DNA of 42,107 nucleotides, the filler included, from an uncultured archaeon (GTDB taxonomy: Archaea; Nanobdellota; Nanobdellia; Woesearchaeales; CAIVOO01), in assembly GCA_903842985.1 (NCBI GenBank). It is 3 parts of 3 records of this genome, joined end to end, with 100 filler letters (N's around TTAATTAATTAA, not from the genome) between each part and the next. Parts side by side here need not be neighbours in the genome. Positions count along the whole stretch, not along the records: positions 19,075 to 42,107 come from CAIMOB010000060.1; 2 more parts are not named here. One strand, given 5' to 3'. A program made the position numbers and the translations under genes. Positions within the stretch are counted from its first letter, which is position 1. Each line of letters opens with the position of its first letter. Of the stretch, positions 38,201-42,107 are shown piece after piece. The notes below the pieces were generated by a model. That model was not told where the DNA came from. It saw nothing but the letters and a program-made list of their open reading frames with translations, and ran no database searches.

Positions 38201-41200
38201 AGTTATTTTCAATAATATTGTTGTTTCCTTTGATGTACGCGACAGCTGCTCCAAATGAAACATCATCGTTCTTAACATCAACTTTATCAGCTCTCAGATT
38301 CGCCATAATTTTAAAGCTGTCAAAGGTTAGATTGTTGCTAACTAGGGTCATATTGTTGACATTTGTCGAATAAATTGGACCGAGAATTCCCAAGGCAGTT
38401 GCATCCAGATTAACGCCTGTTACATTTCCTCCAGTTATATTGAATGTACTTCCGCTACTGCTGAAAAGCGATTGGAATATGTATATCAAGAACGACACTG
38501 AGGGATCAATGCCAGTTATGTTTGCCGGGAAAGTCTGGTTTGTAAATTCTTCGTAAACAGAAGATATGTTTTTGATGTACCATGCGTCTTTGTTCGACAT
38601 GAGATTATTGTCCCTGACAGTTACATTATTGCAGTCTTGGATTGTGAGCATTATAAGCAAGTTGTTTTCCACCTTATTTCTTACAATCATTACATTTTTT
38701 AAACCCTGCGCATACAATGCACCCAGCAGACCTACTGTGTTTGTTATATTATTCCCTTCGAAAAGAATTCCATTAGAACTATCTGCGCCAATCAAGCCAG
38801 CAAAAGCTGTGCTTAAGTAAGTAACTGTATTGTTGACTGCACTGCTGTTGTCGCTCGAGGAAAACCTTATGCCTCCAGAAAATTTGAATGTATTATTTAG
38901 CGCATAGGTGTATGGCGAATAACGTGCATAAATCTGCCCGCCGCCGCTTCCACTAAATAAATTAATAGATAGATTCTTGCTTATCTTATTGTTGAAAATG
39001 TTTGTATGAGGAGAATATGAAAGTTCTATTAGGTTTCCAGTTGCGTCTATGTAATTGCCTGTTATGTTGGAATAATACGAAGAAGACAAATACACACTGC
39101 CATTCAAAATTTTATTGTTTATGATGTTGGAATAATTTGAATTAATGATGTAAATATCATATTGGTTATTGTTGATGTTGCAGTTTTGGATTACGTCATC
39201 TCCATAACCATCAACATACACCCCATAATAGTATTCGTTTATATTGCAGTTTTGGACTACATTATCTCCGTAGCCACCAACATACACACCATAGCCATAA
39301 TTATTCCCGATAAGCGTTGCATTGTTGCAGTCCAAAGTTACATCTGAAGCATTTAAAATGATGATGCCATATGCAGCACTGTCATTGAGGTGGAAAGTTC
39401 CGCTGCACAGCGTTGTATCTGAATTGATAAACATGTCATTGTATGGGGGCATACATGTAAGCGTAAACTGCCATGTGTCAGAAAAGTTGCTCCATTCCTT
39501 GCCATCATAGACCCTGACTTTCCAATAACGAGTGCCTTCACTGGTCAGCCCCACCTGCGTGTAATTGTTGCTGCTTGTCACAGTGTTGTTTATTTCGGGC
39601 GATGAAAAGTCATCGTTGTTATCAATCACAATGTTGTATTTATTCTGCACATCACCGTCTTCGTCAGAGTAAGTCCAGCTGAATGTTGGTAAGCTGCCCA
39701 AAATAGAATTATTTGCCGGGCTTGCCACTGCAACTGTCGGGGCGGTGTTGATTGTAATATTGTTGGAGCAGCTTACATCATTTCCATAGCCGTCAACCAG
39801 CAATCCATCTTCATAGCCGTCATTTGGGATTATGCATGCTCTCCATCTCTCTTTGCTTTCTGTCTCTTCTGCAACGATCCTGTCTGTCCTGTTGTTGTAC
39901 AATGCTTTTACCTGCGCTGCTGAAAGCGCCCTGTTGTAAATACTTACTGAGTCAATTTTGCCGTTGAAATGGTAATCTGCACCAGAATTAGTCGAGCCAA
40001 TGCTCAATATTCCTAAATTAGTCATTGTGTTTTCAATGCCATTTTGCGTTTGGCTTAATGTGTTCTCTGCACCATCAATATATAGTTTTGAATTACTCCA
40101 GTCATTATAATCGAAGATTATAGCTAACTGATGCCAGTTTGTATCTGTTATTGTCGAAGCGCTTGTCGCATACCAATAACTTGCTCCGCTGTAAAACATT
40201 TGCAAATAAATTTTGTTATTGTCATTGAATCTGATATAAACTGGTTCAGGAGTTGGGGAATTTTTGTCCAATAAAACTTCATAATCATTCATCGCCCCAT
40301 TTCTTTTTAGCCACATTGAATAAGTTGCTTGGCCTGAAACAATATTCAAACTTGCAGAATTATTAATTGTAACATAGTCATTGCTTCCGTCAAAGCTGTA
40401 GGCGCCTTTCCCATCAAATCCTCCGTTTGAACTCCAGGTCGCCCCATGCACAGTTCCGTTGTTTCCGTAAGGTGAGTAATCCTTTGTCTTTCCAGCTCCA
40501 GCAGAATTGTTTGAATTGAACGGCATGTTCAGAACCATAATCGAAGTTCCGTTTCTGTACCAGTTGATTATGTTAGTTACTGGGTCACCATCTCTGTCGT
40601 AAGTCGAGATATTGTAAACAGTCAAATTCTCATTTGAACCGTTTGTTCCAAATGCCGAGTTTAATCTTGGTCTTCCCTGTGTAGGCAGATTGTTGACAAA
40701 CACCCTCTCATTTTTTGAGACTGTTGTACCGCTTGTGTCATTTGCGTAGATTGTGTAGTTCGTGCCGTGCGTCCAGCTCCCGTTTGTTGTTATCGTTATC
40801 TGCCATAAGTTTCCTGAAATAAAGTTCAAGAATCCTTCAAATATTGTTTCCAGCGCACCCGCGACTGTTTTCCACACCTTTATCCAGACGCTGCTGACCG
40901 GCGCCTCTGTCTGTGCCACTGTTGCATTTATTGTTATATTTTCCCCTGCTTTTACAAGCGTCTTGTTTGTTATCTTCTTTTTGTTCTTGTCATGCAGCTG
41001 TAGCTGTGTTATGTTTGGAGGTGTTGACGATTTAAGGGTAAGAGAATTGCTGAATTCTGTTAACCCATCAGCGTAGCCGTCATTCGGCGTTATTGTTGCA
41101 TTCCAGGTTTCTCCATACACTGTTTCTTCTGCAACAATCCTGTCTGTTCTGCTGTTATACAATGCTTTTACCTGCGCTGCTGACAAAGCTCTGTTGTAAA

Positions 41201-42107
41201 CTCTTACGCTGTCTATTTTTCCGTCGAACGGATAATCATTAACACCGTCAAGAATACCTATCCATAAAGGGTCTGTATTCGTTGTAGTAACCGAACCGCC
41301 AGAAATAAATGTCATTGATTGCGGAACGCCATTATAATAAACTACCCCATCTCCGCTTCCAGTTCCTGATACAGTTGCAACAACATGAACCCATTGTCCT
41401 GTTGATGGATAAGGAGTTTTCCAGCCGACATAATTGCCAACACTATTTTGTATCCATATAAGTGAGCCTCCTGTTCCAGCACTTTCTAATCCCAATCTTC
41501 GACCAGTAGCGCCTGCGTAATCACAAATTGATACTATTGAAGTTGATGCTGACCAACTATCAGCATTTATCCATGCTTCCATTGAAAAAGGAATACCTAA
41601 GGTTACTGAAGGTACTTCTACATAATCATTGCTTCCGTCAAAGCTGTAGGCGCCTTTTCCATCGAATCCTCCATTTGCTATCCAAGTTGCACCATTCACA
41701 GTGCCGTTATTTCCAAATCCCGAGTAGTCCTTTGTTTTCCCAGCTCCAGTAGAATTGTTTGAATTAAACGGCATGTTCAGAACAGTGATTGAATTTCCAT
41801 TTCTGTACCAGTTGATTATGTTTGTTACAGGATCGCCTTCAGCATCATAGGTTGAAACATTATAGACAGTCAGATTTTCATTTGAACCGTTTGTTCCAAA
41901 TGTTGAGTTCAGTATTGGCGTCCCCTGTGTCGGCGGCGTGTTAATTACGCCAAGTATTGTTACATTGTTTGAGAACTTTGTCAGTCCGTCACTGAAGCCG
42001 TCATTGGGGGTGACTGCCGCTTTCCAAATATCTCCGACATTTAATTCCTGCGAGACAATCCTGTCTGTCCTGTTGTTGTACAATGCTTTTATCTGCGCTG
42101 CTGACAA
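35289..42107 (-). CDS. Giant surface protein (>2270 aa, 5' end outside the window): LamG modules, beta-helix and FN3/Ig-like domains
   Basis: LamG motifs GAYSFDGSNDY..W.H..Y.[ND]G..F.GKIDSV..YNRALS; long Asn-rich PbH1/NosD-like region; two P...SPAN..PT..W..DN..F.SP..YWKV-type domains; many N-x-S/T sequons. Confidence 0.9.
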   Translation of the reverse strand: MSAAQIKALYNNRTDRIVSQELNVGDIWKAAVTPNDGFSDGLTKFSNNVTILGVINTPPTQGTPILNSTFGTNGSNENLTVYNVSTYDAEGDPVTNIINWYRNGNSITVLNMPFNSNNSTGAGKTKDYSGFGNNGTVNGATWIANGGFDGKGAYSFDGSNDYVEVPSVTLGIPFSMEAWINADSWSASTSIVSICDYAGATGRRLGLESAGTGGSLIWIQNSVGNYVGWKTPYPSTGQWVHVVATVSGTGSGDGVVYYNGVPQSMTFISGGSVTTTNTDPLWIGILDGVNDYPFDGKIDSVRVYNRALSAAQVKALYNSRTDRIVAEETVYGETWNATITPNDGYADGLTEFSNSLTLKSSTPPNITQLQLHDKNKKKITNKTLVKAGENITINATVAQTEAPVSSVWIKVWKTVAGALETIFEGFLNFISGNLWQITITTNGSWTHGTNYTIYANDTSGTTVSKNERVFVNNLPTQGRPRLNSAFGTNGSNENLTVYNISTYDRDGDPVTNIINWYRNGTSIMVLNMPFNSNNSAGAGKTKDYSPYGNNGTVHGATWSSNGGFDGKGAYSFDGSNDYVTINNSASLNIVSGQATYSMWLKRNGAMNDYEVLLDKNSPTPEPVYIRFNDNNKIYLQMFYSGASYWYATSASTITDTNWHQLAIIFDYNDWSNSKLYIDGAENTLSQTQNGIENTMTNLGILSIGSTNSGADYHFNGKIDSVSIYNRALSAAQVKALYNNRTDRIVAEETESKERWRACIIPNDGYEDGLLVDGYGNDVSCSNNITINTAPTVAVASPANNSILGSLPTFSWTYSDEDGDVQNKYNIVIDNNDDFSSPEINNTVTSSNNYTQVGLTSEGTRYWKVRVYDGKEWSNFSDTWQFTLTCMPPYNDMFINSDTTLCSGTFHLNDSAAYGIIILNASDVTLDCNNATLIGNNYGYGVYVGGYGDNVVQNCNINEYYYGVYVDGYGDDVIQNCNINNNQYDIYIINSNYSNIINNKILNGSVYLSSSYYSNITGNYIDATGNLIELSYSPHTNIFNNKISKNLSINLFSGSGGGQIYARYSPYTYALNNTFKFSGGIRFSSSDNSSAVNNTVTYLSTAFAGLIGADSSNGILFEGNNITNTVGLLGALYAQGLKNVMIVRNKVENNLLIMLTIQDCNNVTVRDNNLMSNKDAWYIKNISSVYEEFTNQTFPANITGIDPSVSFLIYIFQSLFSSSGSTFNITGGNVTGVNLDATALGILGPIYSTNVNNMTLVSNNLTFDSFKIMANLRADKVDVKNDDVSFGAAVAYIKGNNNIIENNSFIFNNSGVSIYSYGNVTDIANNKLNIMLGSFALQGNSNKISRNKMAIEKSGIDLNSHTNTTIENSTAVNGKVFSMNILGNNNVASNNDVLIKDLNINITTHGNNVDLKKLSINNLTIALVIVGGLNNTIESNNAKYHNAKLWIRSDATNYTKIHDTVFDDNFVSSIGLKNAYDSTIKNNKLSMVNAGFGLDIVNDAFYSTNVTNLMFGGVGLLNSSNNSIVNNSFIGNSPTASISLTPANAINDTISIVYTLLLARQNSTNNYFANNILVNNTISESLASLFSPSLGNSLSVLKPGILIESDSNKVFSNKIYNSGNFDVLVNGANNSFRLNHFLSKGVKDSDTNKKYYASYSPMHYGDRDFNSSYFFIDDTLSVINFVTSDNTLVMIPDGAKNFNLWLMDLPGPYGNITVFAESTAPYNCTQVAALNSGTCFYEKKNALVAQGAGQDYLLNDTFNSTYYVIPNKTTPPYLGGKKSFYTSYSPMHYNGENFGDTYAFVIPAVSVGVVTADNTKITSANGTNNYDLLLFNDTSGAVLGQGAGKMSTIFCRECYAYGVTGCAVLDSLLSSPGACRYYKHNAFTSQGGINNYLFNDTLNSTYYVIPSKTTPPYLSAKEDSNNNYCVAGEGNFYEESIAASGIGSNDCGLSSVTSPAEGNYSDGVIEINWTRQSAMSTVTYDILLNRTWTGVETLLARVVGLNYIWNTTGYEPGIYRIRLVPWIVGSRHNATNAKSREFDLNGTIPSTPSLISPANDAVLIDRTPTMNWTAVAGSGITYQLLVDNDTSFASPEINVTISSTNYTPPADMNFGTYNWKVRAQRGVLHGSFSAQRNYTIITSITCSMPVNKVSFGEIGVGITNSTVSDNPAPMLIQNNGNLKLNISINSTDLWLSKPNPSSYYQFRIDDNSSNAWDSALNDSWYNIVKTTPLLAIGGLKYYDKNDSAEIELKVTGPPDEGAGAKKSQLMVWCSQDE

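Noticed and set aside
39860..42107. Diversity-generating retroelement TR/VR pair
   Set aside because: No reverse transcriptase in the window; both copies are coding and mismatches look mostly synonymous rather than adenine-specific.
1..42107. CRISPR array, transposase, integrase, rRNA or intein
   Set aside because: None recognised; core enzymes have normal lengths.

Overview
Archaeal DNA, most likely a DPANN (Woesearchaeota-like) genome; this is inferred from gene content and protein style. The window is three contigs (1-8195, 8296-18974, 19075-42107) joined by artificial 100-nt N/TTAATTAATTAA/N spacers, so adjacency across the spacers is meaningless. Contig 1: S-layer protein, radical SAM-TRAM protein, GINS, an unusual intron-containing tRNA, the rpl44e-rps27e-aIF2alpha-nop10 operon and a DapA-family enzyme. 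Contig 2: Dph6, class II LysRS, Pth2, a stripped-down [NiFe]-hydrogenase module and surface proteins. Contig 3: tRNA-Phe, SSB, GlyRS, ValRS, CysRS, RFC-L, fibrillarin/Nop5, SecDF, PyrG and a giant LamG/beta-helix adhesin-like protein. Top observations: (1) a tRNA with an Ile UAU anticodon on a Ser-like long-variable-arm body, with a T-loop intron and a degenerate partial copy nearby; (2) a secreted protein ending in what looks like a ~12-stranded outer-membrane or autotransporter-type beta-barrel, in an archaeon; (3) a minimal [NiFe]-hydrogenase cluster with a truncated small subunit and small metal-binding partners; (4) an SSB whose acidic tail lies in the +1 frame. All calls come from reading motifs by eye; no searches were run.
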